From a virus (taxonomy: Duplodnaviria > Caudoviricetes), in the IMG/VR virus record IMGVR_UViG_3300032116_000166, positions 1,383 to 65,382 of that record: a stretch of DNA of 64,000 bases; one strand, written 5' to 3'. This document shows positions 1 through 10,200 of the stretch, in pieces (position 1 is the first letter of the stretch; every line of letters begins with the position of its first letter). The notes below the pieces were generated by a model. It was not told where the DNA came from. It did no database searches and saw only the letters and a program-made list of their open reading frames with translations. The translations under genes were made by a program, and so were the position numbers.

Positions 1-1542
1 ACTCTTACAAAAACTTTAAGTACAGTAATACGTACTCCTAGAGTTATAGACAATTTTTTTGATAGAGGTCCACTAAATAGTGAAGGTAGTCCAGAGCAGA
101 TTCCTGAGTTTGCCAGACTAGCTTTAACCTTGCTGAAAGATGCTAGTGGTTTAACTACAAAAATAGAAGCTAGTGATGTTCAAAATTACAAAGAGTGGCA
201 GCTGTACATGAATGAACAGCACATGAAAGGTAATCTAAAGATACCACTAGAACAAGCCTTAGATATTCCGCTTAATTTAGAACAGGCAGAGCCAGGGTTT
301 CCGGAAATTAGTATTGGTGCTTTAAGAAAAGACATTAGTGATTTTGTAAAAAAGCAGCATCGAAGTAATGTATATAAATATAACGCGCTACCAAAAGATT
401 TTGTAAGTACACTCAATAGTTCAGATTTGGAAGTTCGAAAAAAATACTTACCAGCAGTAATACTGGACGATCGTGACGAAGCGATGGCTGTAATGTATTC
501 TACTTTTAATACAACTGCTAATGCTTTGTACGAAAAGTTATTAAATAAAACTATTAAAAAGTATTTAATACAAGCCAACTATGAAAAATCTGGAACAAAG
601 TATAGTCCAGGTTTTGATAGAGGCCATACAATACTTACCGAAAACGGGCAAAAAATAGCAACAACCCCACTATTGGAAAAAATTGATCAAATACTATTTT
701 CAGTAAATGAAAAACTAAAACAACAACAAAGTAGCACAGATAAAACAAAGCTGAAGCTGCTAATAAAAAAAGTAGAAGAACAGAGAGTATCCCTGTTAGA
801 TAAGTCAGTTTTAGGTACTAGAATCAAAGCTAATTTAAATAAAGACTTCAGAAAAACCTTAGCATCATTAAATGCAAATATAGTACTCATACAGGATCGA
901 TTAGAAAATCAGTATGACTATGCCCAAGTAGAGGGAGAGCTATCTAGAAATTTAGCGAAGATAGCAGAACAATTACTAAATGGACAGTTTTCTAGAACTC
1001 TTTTACAGGAAATAGAATACAGAGTTAATAGTATATTTGATGGTAAGTCTTTTCAAACAAATGTATCTGTAAATAAAAAATTGGATTTGAGAGTACCTGG
1101 CAAGTCAAAAGTTAATGTAAAAGTTAATGTTGATCGCATTAAAAGATCTAGTAATAAAAAACCAACAAGTAGACCGAAAATCACTATTCGCGAAACTCAG
1201 AATACGTACAATTTAGTAAATCTACCAATGTTGATGATGCAAATCAATGCCAGTCTGCATGATCAGATAAAGAAAAACATGGGCACCGGTAGTCGACAAG
1301 ATGTTTTAAACTATCGCACCGGTCGTTTTGCACAATCTGCACGAGTAGAGCGTCTCAGTGAAAGTCGTCAAGGCATGATAACTGCTTTTTACAGTTACAT
1401 GAAAAATCCCTACGCAACTTTCAGCCGTGGTGGCCGTCAAGAACGTCCATACACCCGTGACCCTAAACTGCTAATTTCCAAAAGTATCAGAGAACTTGCA
1501 GGAACCCAAGTGGCCAACCGTATGAGGGCAGTATTAGTATGA
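1..1542 (+). CDS. Tail completion protein (T5 p143-like C-terminus) with long N-terminal extension; 5'-truncated by window edge
   Basis: Frame 1 is open from base 1, so the TTG at 130 is not necessarily the start. The C-terminus LNYRTGRFAQS...YSYMKNPYATF...RDPKLLISKSIRELA and the position just before the terminator and tube genes match T5-like p143. DRGH motif at 616-627. Confidence 0.75.
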   Translation, partial: TLTKTLSTVIRTPRVIDNFFDRGPLNSEGSPEQIPEFARLALTLLKDASGLTTKIEASDVQNYKEWQLYMNEQHMKGNLKIPLEQALDIPLNLEQAEPGFPEISIGALRKDISDFVKKQHRSNVYKYNALPKDFVSTLNSSDLEVRKKYLPAVILDDRDEAMAVMYSTFNTTANALYEKLLNKTIKKYLIQANYEKSGTKYSPGFDRGHTILTENGQKIATTPLLEKIDQILFSVNEKLKQQQSSTDKTKLKLLIKKVEEQRVSLLDKSVLGTRIKANLNKDFRKTLASLNANIVLIQDRLENQYDYAQVEGELSRNLAKIAEQLLNGQFSRTLLQEIEYRVNSIFDGKSFQTNVSVNKKLDLRVPGKSKVNVKVNVDRIKRSSNKKPTSRPKITIRETQNTYNLVNLPMLMMQINASLHDQIKKNMGTGSRQDVLNYRTGRFAQSARVERLSESRQGMITAFYSYMKNPYATFSRGGRQERPYTRDPKLLISKSIRELAGTQVANRMRAVLV

Positions 1543-1970
1543 GTAAGCGAACCAGTATTGTAAAAGCCCTGGCAGACAAGTTTAAAGAGATAAATGGTAG
1601 CTCACCCTATTCCATCGACCTATACAACAACAGTTTTAATAAACTGAAGTTTTGGGATGAAGTACAAGATTTTCCTTGTGTTTATGTAACACCAGGAACC
1701 GAAATGAGAGAATACCTTCCAAGTGACTTTAGATGGGGATACTTGGGAGTATGTGTCAAGGTATACTGTAAGGGCGAAGACGCTCAGTCTCAGTTAGAGG
1801 CCTTGCTACAAGACCTGGAGACTTGTATTGATAACAACAGAGTTCTCCAGTATGATGGTTCAAACGAAACCACAGAAATTTTAATAACCAGCATCACAAC
1901 AGATGAGGGATTATTAGACCCCTATGCAATAGGGGAAATAAATCTACAGGTCAGATATCAGGTCATGTAG
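1539..1970 (+). CDS. Tail terminator protein (T5 p142-like)
   Basis: 143 aa; KLKFWDEVQDFPCVYV...E.REYLPS...ITTDEGLL.P signature; ATGA overlap with the upstream gene; directly precedes the tube gene. Confidence 0.85.
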   Translation: MSKRTSIVKALADKFKEINGSSPYSIDLYNNSFNKLKFWDEVQDFPCVYVTPGTEMREYLPSDFRWGYLGVCVKVYCKGEDAQSQLEALLQDLETCIDNNRVLQYDGSNETTEILITSITTDEGLLDPYAIGEINLQVRYQVM

Positions 1971-2047
1971 AACTAATGCTGATTAACCCATCACAGATAA
2001 AGATCTAGTAAGGGTGATTTCAGCACACAGCCTTAAAGGAAAAAATT

Positions 2048-3298
2048 ATGGCAGTTAATTTAATTAGAAATGCGAGAGTATTTTTCACAACCGGACTAGA
2101 CTCAGTCACTGGTAAGATTTTACCAGCAACTGCTCGTACCGCAGCCAATACCTATGAGTTGCAACCACTTGATGGAATGAGTTTTAGTCAAAATACAACT
2201 CTAGAAACTGTAACACTAGCAGAAAGTGGTAGCACTCCAAGCCGTGGTCAGCGCAGTTTTGCAACCAGTCTAGATCCAGTAGATTGGAGCTTCTCTACAT
2301 ATATTCGTCCAAGAATGAGTGATGGTTCCGCCGCAGTTGCTGGACTTGACAGCGGCGACTATGTTCGCTGCGAAGAATCAGTACTGTGGAATGCAATGTT
2401 TTCAGCTGTTGCTGTTGACGTTAGCACTACTACAGCTCTACCAGCAACAACTAACGCAGCCTATAGCGAAACAGCATCTACCGGTACCACAAACGTTCCA
2501 GTATCTACAGTCACTACAGTAAACAGCAACTTAAACCAACTACTACGTTTTGGTTTAATTGTTATGTTTGATGACACAACTATCCTAATTCACAATTGCG
2601 TGGTAGATCAAGCCAGCATCGACTTCGGCCTAGATCAAATTGGTACTATTGCTTGGACAGGCAAAGGTACTGAATTAGAAGTTATGGGTACTGCTGGTAC
2701 TGTGCCAAGCGCCGGTACGTTTGGTGGTGGGCTAAGCGGTGTCTTCACTCCAAAGTCAACAAGTGCCAAGTATATTACAAACAGATTGAGCGCTGTTCAG
2801 CTGGCCTCTACTGCTGGTAAGTATGGTCAGAGTGCTGTTAACTACGTATTCCCAATTACTGGTGGTAATATTACTATTGCTAACAATGTAACATATCTAG
2901 TACCAGCAGCAATGGGCACAGTTAACAAGCCTATTGACTACTACACAGGTACTCGTTCTATTACTGGTAATCTAACAGCTTATCTAAGAACTGGTAGTAC
3001 TGACAGCGTAGGTCTAATGTCTACTCTGTTAACACAGGCCAGCAGCTTCGATCAAAATCAGTTCGCAGTCACACTAGGCCTCGGTGGCAGCATTACAGCA
3101 CCAACATCTACAGCAATGGAAAACAAGCTAATTATTAGCCTACCATCAGCCATGCTACAGATTCCTCAAGTTAATACAGAACAAGTAGTTAGTACTACAA
3201 TTAACTTTACAGCTCAGGGTGCTAACGGCAGCAATAACTATGACATTGATCAGAAGAATGAAATGACAATCTCATACTACGCCGGTCCAGCAGTATAA
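2048..3298 (+). CDS. Major tail tube protein (T5 pb6-like)
   Basis: The N-terminus LIRNARVFF...SFSQNT...ESGSTPSRGQRSF.TSL.PVDWSFSTYIRP resembles T5 pb6. RBS AAGGA upstream. No C-terminal Ig domain evident. Confidence 0.9.
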   Translation: MAVNLIRNARVFFTTGLDSVTGKILPATARTAANTYELQPLDGMSFSQNTTLETVTLAESGSTPSRGQRSFATSLDPVDWSFSTYIRPRMSDGSAAVAGLDSGDYVRCEESVLWNAMFSAVAVDVSTTTALPATTNAAYSETASTGTTNVPVSTVTTVNSNLNQLLRFGLIVMFDDTTILIHNCVVDQASIDFGLDQIGTIAWTGKGTELEVMGTAGTVPSAGTFGGGLSGVFTPKSTSAKYITNRLSAVQLASTAGKYGQSAVNYVFPITGGNITIANNVTYLVPAAMGTVNKPIDYYTGTRSITGNLTAYLRTGSTDSVGLMSTLLTQASSFDQNQFAVTLGLGGSITAPTSTAMENKLIISLPSAMLQIPQVNTEQVVSTTINFTAQGANGSNNYDIDQKNEMTISYYAGPAV

Positions 3299-3309
3299 TT
3301 TAATAACTA

Positions 3310-3342
3310 AATAAGTAGAGCACAACTAGTGCTCTACTTATT
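3310..3342 (+). terminator. 14-bp perfect hairpin after the tube gene (partial terminator or mRNA stabiliser)
   Basis: AATAAGTAGAGCAC-aacta-GTGCTCTACTTATT. Confidence 0.6.
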
Positions 3343-3359
3343 AACAACAAGGATAATTC

Positions 3360-3803
3360 ATGACAGAAAACGCAAGTGGCTCACAAGTAAATTTATCACT
3401 AAAGAGCCTTTTAGTACCTAGTAAAACAGTCGAGGTTGATTTTCCTGGATTTAGTGGTTTTAAAGTTAAGTTGAGCTTCCTCAGCCGCGAGACCCTTGTC
3501 TCGATCCGGAAGAAGGCAACTAAAATGACGTTTAAAAATCGTCAACCAGTTGAAGAATTAAATGACGACCTGTTCCTACAATTATATGTACAGGCTTCTA
3601 TCAAGGGCTGGAGTGGCTTTAAGTTGGCCTATCTAGAACAATTGGCTCCAGTAGACTTGGAAGGCCAAGACCTTGAAAACGAACTAGGCTATTCAGAAGA
3701 CAATGCGCTTTTCTTAATGAAGAACAGTAGTAACTTTGACGCTTGGGTCTCAGAGCAGGTCACTGAACTGGGAAACTTTCAGAGCAGCAACGCCAAGAAG
3801 TAA
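3360..3803 (+). CDS. Tail assembly chaperone (G-like)
   Basis: Lies between the tube and tape measure genes; IKGWSG and NSSNFDAWV...LGNF motifs typical of tail assembly chaperones; ends in a slippery site. Confidence 0.85.
   Translation: MTENASGSQVNLSLKSLLVPSKTVEVDFPGFSGFKVKLSFLSRETLVSIRKKATKMTFKNRQPVEELNDDLFLQLYVQASIKGWSGFKLAYLEQLAPVDLEGQDLENELGYSEDNALFLMKNSSNFDAWVSEQVTELGNFQSSNAKK
3770..3776 (+). other. Programmed -1 ribosomal frameshift site G GGA AAC
   Basis: X XXY YYZ heptamer in the correct phase. The -1 frame is open from 3776 (LSEQQRQEVTNSLESYFENSRHG) into the 3845 ORF. Confidence 0.85.
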
Positions 3804-3844
3804 CCAACAGTCTAGAGTCTTACTTTGAAAATTCCAGACATGGA

Positions 3845-4162
3845 ATGACAAAGGCTCAATATTTTGAAATGTGTGAATTGTTGGGTTCTGAGATTAAAGA
3901 ATCAGAAATACCTGTTGAATTTGATGATCTACTAGTAGAAGTTCAAGAGGCCATGCAGATTTACGGCAATCTACAAGATTGCTGGGATTACATGGGCGGA
4001 AACTATATAGGAAAAAACTTTAATTATATAGAAACAGTATTTAAATTCTACAATATAGAGCCAGATCAATATAAGCAATACTATGACTTATTGATGACTA
4101 TAGATCGTATACGAACCAAACAAATTCAAGACAGTAAGCCCAAAGATACCAAAGCCCGCTAA
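3845..4162 (+). CDS. Tail assembly chaperone C-terminal part (T-like), probably made as a frameshift fusion
   Basis: In the -1 frame relative to the 3360 ORF; WDYMGGNYIGK motif; immediately upstream of the tape measure gene. Confidence 0.8.
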   Translation: MTKAQYFEMCELLGSEIKESEIPVEFDDLLVEVQEAMQIYGNLQDCWDYMGGNYIGKNFNYIETVFKFYNIEPDQYKQYYDLLMTIDRIRTKQIQDSKPKDTKAR

Positions 4163-4180
4163 ACAGCGGGCTTTTTTATT
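4151..4180 (+). terminator. Rho-independent terminator
   Basis: AAAGCCCGCT-aaac-AGCGGGCTTT followed by a T-tract. Confidence 0.85.
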
Positions 4181-4199
4181 GCATACAAAAAATAAGGGC

Positions 4200-4228
4200 T
4201 TGACACCACACCCCCATAGTGGTATAAT
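4200..4228 (+). promoter_or_regulatory. Consensus sigma70 promoter for the tape measure/tail-tip operon
   Basis: TTGACA-17 bp-TATAAT with TGn extended -10 and an A-rich UP element. Confidence 0.9.
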
Positions 4229-4280
4229 TTGTAGGTCAAAGTGTCAACACACTAAATTTTTGTCGTTGCCAGGAGAAAAT

Positions 4281-7200
4281 ATGGCAGATAATACAAGTAC
4301 ATTCGTCCTAAAGGTAAAAACCGAAGGCATGGATCAAGCCCAGAGCCAAAGTCAAGCCATTAGGAACAACCTAGAGGGTGCTCAAAGAGCAGCCTCCGGC
4401 ACAGCAACTGGCCGCGTTGCTAGAAGTGCAGCAGCTCAGCCTACTGGTAGAGCCGGGGCATCTGCTGGCGTTTTTACTGGACCAGAAGTAGAAGACTACA
4501 ACAGAGCATCTGGTGCTGCAGGCAAAGCAGGTGGCACAGCTCGTGACTTTGCAGACCAAGCTCGTGGGCTTGGTGGATTGGTACGCCTGTACGCCACTGT
4601 AGCAGCCAACGCATTTGCTGCCGCTGCAGCGTTTGGTGCGTTAAGCAGAGCTATGGATACCAGCAATATGGTCAAAGGATTGGACCAGCTAGGTGCAGCC
4701 AGTGGTGTAGCTCTTGGCAACCTGAGCAAAAGATTGTTTTTAGCCACAGACGGTGCAGTTAGTCTACGTGAGGCCATGGAAGCCACAGCCAAAGCCAGCG
4801 GTGCAGGCCTTAGTAGTGACCAGATCCTAAAGCTGGGTGATGTAGCAAAGAAAGCCTCTCAGACTCTAGGCGTAAACATGACAGACGCTTTAAGTCGTTT
4901 GAGTCGCGGTATTACAAAGTTAGAACCTGAACTATTAGACGAATTGGGTATTTTCGTAAAGATTGACGATGCCGCATCTAAGTATGCTCTTAGCGTTGGC
5001 AAGAGTACTTCAGCCCTAACAGATTTTGAACGTCGTCAGGCTTTTGCGAACGCGGTGTTGGAGCAAGGCAATAAGAAGTTTGGTGAAGTAAATATAGACA
5101 TCAATCCATACACAAAACTAGCTGCGACCTTTCAAAACCTAACACAAACAATCCTTGAGTTCGTAAATAAGGGATTGGCACCCATAGCAAAGATATTTGC
5201 TGACAACTCTGTCCTACTTGGCGCAGCGTTTGCTTTTATAGCTACCAAAGTACTAAAGATGGCCATTCCTGCTCTTGGTGAGTGGCAGACCCAGTTAGTA
5301 AAAACAGCCGAAACTGCAAAAGAAAAAGCGCAAGCAATAAATACTGCCTTCGGTGAGGCTTGGGTAGATCGTTGGGAAAATCGTTTAAAGTTGCCAGAAT
5401 TAAGAGCAGGCGTAAAAGAAGCCGCATCTGAATTGAAAAAGATGGGTTTAGCTTCTGTTTTTGACAAGACTGCTATTGGTGAAGGATATAATGCTTTAAT
5501 AAAAGGCGAAGCACTATCTGCCAAACAAATTGCTGCTACAAAACTGGCCATTACGTCTAATAAAGAAGAAATAATGGCTCTGAGCAGGGTACAAACCGCT
5601 CAAAGCGCAGCTCGCACAGCGGAACTGCAAAAAGAAATCATCCAACTAGAAGCAATTATTGCACTTGAAGCAAAAAGAGCAACACTTAGCTTAGCCGAAA
5701 CTAACATCGGCACTGCAGCAGAAGAGCAGCCCGGATTTTTTAGCGGAGAGGCTCAAAGAAATAGAAGAGCCAAAGGAGCATCTACTACCGCTATAGCCCT
5801 TGCAGAATTGGCAGCAATACCCGGCCAGACCATGGAAAAGGGTTTTGGCGATGCCATGAAAAACATGAAGGCCAATCTTGAAAAGCAAGGTGTTGGGTTC
5901 GTTAAGCGTTGGTCTACACTAGCAGTAGGTGCTCTTGCCAGTGCCACAACCGCCATAGGAACTTTTATAGCCTCCATTACAGCTTGGATTGGCGTGTTTA
6001 TGGCTGTTGGTTTTGCTATCTATGGAGCACTAAAGTACTTTAGTGCCACCAAGAAAGAAAGCGAATTAACCAGTGAAGCAATAACCCGACTAGATGACGC
6101 ATCAAAGAGCGCACAACTTACCCTAGAAAAGTTGTCAATGTCTAAAGACCCACTGGAGTCTTTGAGCGTTCAGACAATACAAGCCAAAGCAAACGCCCTA
6201 AAAGAACTAGGCGACAGCGGAGCACTGGCTGTTAAGAGAGCCTTTGATGAAATATCAAAGATGAATGCCGGAGACCAGTTCTTAAACTGGGTATCAAAAC
6301 TTTGGGGCGGAGACGTACAAACCAAGCTTTCCGAGGGCCTGGCCGACAGCATTAAAAACTCATTCAAACTTGCAGAAGATACAAAACTTACTCAAGAAGC
6401 CAAAAAATCAATAGAAGGTATACTTGGTACATCTATTCAAAGTGCTAACTTGGAACAGGTTATTAAAAAGGTCGCCGCTAGTGGTGATGACGGAAAACTA
6501 AAACAAATAGTAAAAATTATTGAAAGCATGGGCAATGCAGCAGCTATAAGTGCTGCAAAGGGTACCGAGCTAAAAGAAAGTATAGCAAAAGTTACCACAG
6601 GCATTCAGGAATTTAATAGAAGCATAGTTCCAACCGACAGTCTATCAAAGATAGCACAGGATAGTGCTGTAGCAGCTCAAAAGTTGGGCATGGCATTAGC
6701 AGATCCTGTGCAGGCTTTAACAGCAATGAGAGACGTTTCTGGCAGTGTGGACATGTTGAGCATATTCCCTGCAGATGTTGCTAAAAACTTAATGAGCTAC
6801 AATGACGAGCTTAATGCTGTAGCCAACAGTGTGGTTGCAGCAAAAAATGCTACGGCTTCTTATGATAAAGAAATCGAAAATCTAAATAAAGAAATCAAAA
6901 AACTGGGTACGTCAGGCGCTGGTGTTAATACAAAAGCATTGGTTGACCAGTACAAGCAACAAATAGAAGCTATTGAAGCTAAAAAACTAGAATTAAAAGC
7001 CGAAATTGATGCTGATACTGGAAGAATTAAGGGTGTATTTGATCAGGCAGTAAGATCTAGTTTAATCCTATCTGCCGAACAAATGGCCGCCAGACTGGCT
7101 GTTGAGATGAACAAAGCCCAGTCCGTAGTAAAAGGTGCAATGGCCGGCTTATTGGGAGATACCGTAGGCGGTATCAGAATGAGAGCAGAATTAGAAAAGC

Positions 7201-10200
7201 GCTCTATAGATGCCAATATGGAAGCCACAAAGCAGAGCTTTGCCCTAGCCAGTAAAATGGAAGAATTAAAGATTGAAATGGAGCGTAAGAGACTCCAAGA
7301 TGAAAAATTTAATTTACAGTTAATAAAGAAAGAAGTAGAGCAAAGAGGTGGCAGCCTAACTACAGATCAAAGCAATAGACTGACAACTATATCCACAAGA
7401 GAAGCAGAATTGGACAAGATGCAAGCCGGCCTTAGAGGCAGGGGCATGGGTCAGAGTTCTGTGAGTCTTGCAAATGCCGGAGCAAGTGCAGACGTTGTAG
7501 CACTACAGCAAAGATTCGAACAGTTGCGAGTTACTTTAGCTAGTGGGGCCGCGAGCCAAGAAGCAGTAAAAATAAAGGCTAAATTTGAAGAAGATAGAAA
7601 GTCTTTCGAACTAGAACAAAAAAGATTTCAGTTAAGTATAGACACTGCTAATAGTGAAAAAGAAAGAGCAGGAGTACTTTCAACTATATATGGCATAGAA
7701 AATCAAAGTGCCACACTTGCAAAAATAGCCGCAGATGTTAGAGCACAAGACTTAGCAGATGAAAAAGCAAGAAATGCTCTTGTATTTGATACAGATAAAA
7801 AAGCCGAACTCTATCTCAAACTGTTAAATGAACAAACGAAGTCTAAGAAAGCACTAACAGCAGAACAGGAAAAAGAATTAGAAAATTTTAGATTGGCCTT
7901 AGTAGAAAGTGGTGCAGAAGTAGATCGTTTTGACGAAGCCTTAAAAATACGTACTAGAATGCGCGATATTAACAATGAAATATTGCGTATCAGCAGTCAA
8001 ACCGCTGCAGAACAGAAAAAACAAGAATTCGAAAAACAAAGACTTGACACGCAATATGAATTGCAAGAAATAACGTCTAACTCGTTAAAACAAGAATTAG
8101 ATAGTCTTGTTTCACTTGGTAGAGTTGATCAGACGTACGCCGCTAATAGAATTGCTTCTTTATCGTTAGAAGCACAACAAATACAGTACAATAAACAGTT
8201 ATCAGATATTGCAAGTCAAAAAAGAATTCAAGACTTACAGGCTGAAGATCAATATAGAAAAGCCATAGCTGCTGGTGGTAATGAAATCGATGCCATGATT
8301 GAATGGGGAGCACAGACGGCAAAGAACAATGCCCTAACGCAGGATCGTATCGATAAATTAAATGCATCAAATACCCTAGCAGTAAGATCAATAGAGCTTA
8401 CAAGGCAAGGCAGCTTAGAAACAGCAAAACAAAACGAAGAAATCAAACGTCAAGCAGAACTGTTAGGACTATTCACAGGAATAGCAAACACTTTATCAGA
8501 AGCTTTTGGAAAAACCGGAGAGGTATTGAGTAAATTTGTTACCACTTTGGGAGATATTTCTGCAGGTCAAGAAAAGTATAATACTGAACGAGCAAAACAG
8601 GCAAAAATAATTAGTGATATAGCTGCTAAAGAACGTGAATCTATAACAGCCGAAGACGTCGCCCAAGAAACAGAAGCCAAGAAAAAATTAGGTGATCTTG
8701 ATCGTAAGCGTGCAAAAGACGAAATCTCAGACAATGCCAAGTTGATGGGCAGTGTCAAAAATTTATTTAAAGAGAAAACAACCGCGTACAAAGTATTTGG
8801 TGCACTAGAAAAAGCCTTACACATTGCACGACTAGCCATGGATGTAAAAGAGTTGGTTAGCAAGATAACAACTGAAACTGGTAGAACTGCAGCAGCTGTT
8901 ACAGCAGAGGGTACCCAAACAGCTACCGCTGGAGCAGGCTTCCTAGCCAGAGCAGGGCTGTATGTAACAGAAATATTTGCCAAAGTAAGCAGTCAATTGG
9001 GTATATTTGGTCCTCCTATTGCAGCAGCTATAGTTGCAGCAATTGGACTGAGTGCTTTTGGTGGAGGCAAAAAATCAGCCCCCGGTGGTTTTACTGCCGA
9101 AGAGCAACAAAAAGTAGAGGGCACTGGTCGTACCTATGTCGACGGAAAGTTGGTTGACAGAGAAGGCGGCGATCCTGGTGACCGCGAAGCACTTGCAGAC
9201 AGTTTGAGCAAAGCACTAGAAACAGTAAATCAAAATACATTTGAAAATAAAATCTACACAAACAAGACTCTTCCAATCCTGCAGATGATTGAAAGAAATA
9301 CCAGAGACACTGCATATGCTGTTTATAACCGTCTTGGGCCAAATGCTGAAGGTAGCTTAACTAGTACCATTCCTACTGGTAAGACTCGCGAAAACTATCT
9401 TGGCAGTACTGGATCCACCTTGGCAGGGGCAGGATTGGGCGTAGCTGGAGGTATGGCAGTCAGTTCTATGTTTGCTGGTGTAGGCGGAGTGGCTTTAATG
9501 AGCGGCACTATTGGAGCTATTGGAGCTGCAGCAGCAACTGCACTGGGTGGATTATTGCTCCCCGGCCTAGGACTATTATTGGCCAAACCAATAGGTAAGC
9601 TGGTTGGCAAGATAATTGGTGGCGAAACAACTCAGACTATAGAAGACTTTGGTTTATTAGTCACGGGAACATTCGATCAAATAACTGAAGGTGCCAAAGG
9701 TGCTGTACAAGAATTTGCAAATGTAAGAACAGAAATAGATGGCGGTTGGTTTGGCAAAGATCGCGTTAGATATTCAATGCCAACACAAGAAGCCCCAGAA
9801 CTAATAAAAGAGTACATAGGCAATATATTCGAAGGATTCAGAGATATAATTAAATCAACTGGAACCAGTCTGCAAAAAGACGTCAGCGGATTTTTATCTA
9901 CCTTTAAGTTTCCAGAAATAAAGGTTAGTTCAGAAGGCAAAACAGCAGAAGAGTTTGCAAGAGCTTTAAATGCAGAACTGAGCGTTGCATTCAACACAGC
10001 CGCAAAAGCAGCATTCCCAGAATTAGCACAGTTCAAAAAGAGTGGCGAAGAGTTTGGCGAAACTATCATAAGAGTAGTCAACAATCTAGAAACTGCCAAC
10101 TATGCTATGAGGCTGATGGGTAGGGATACCATTACTCAACAAGTATTCAAGAAGTTGGAAGGTGCCACTGTCACTAATTATAAAACTATACCGTCAACTC

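Noticed and set aside
4179-4280. ORF-track N-terminal extension of the tape measure protein (likewise the starts at 27138, 37771, 46602, 51387 and 63908)
   Set aside because: The extensions overlap promoters, terminators or upstream genes, and downstream ATGs have clear RBSs.
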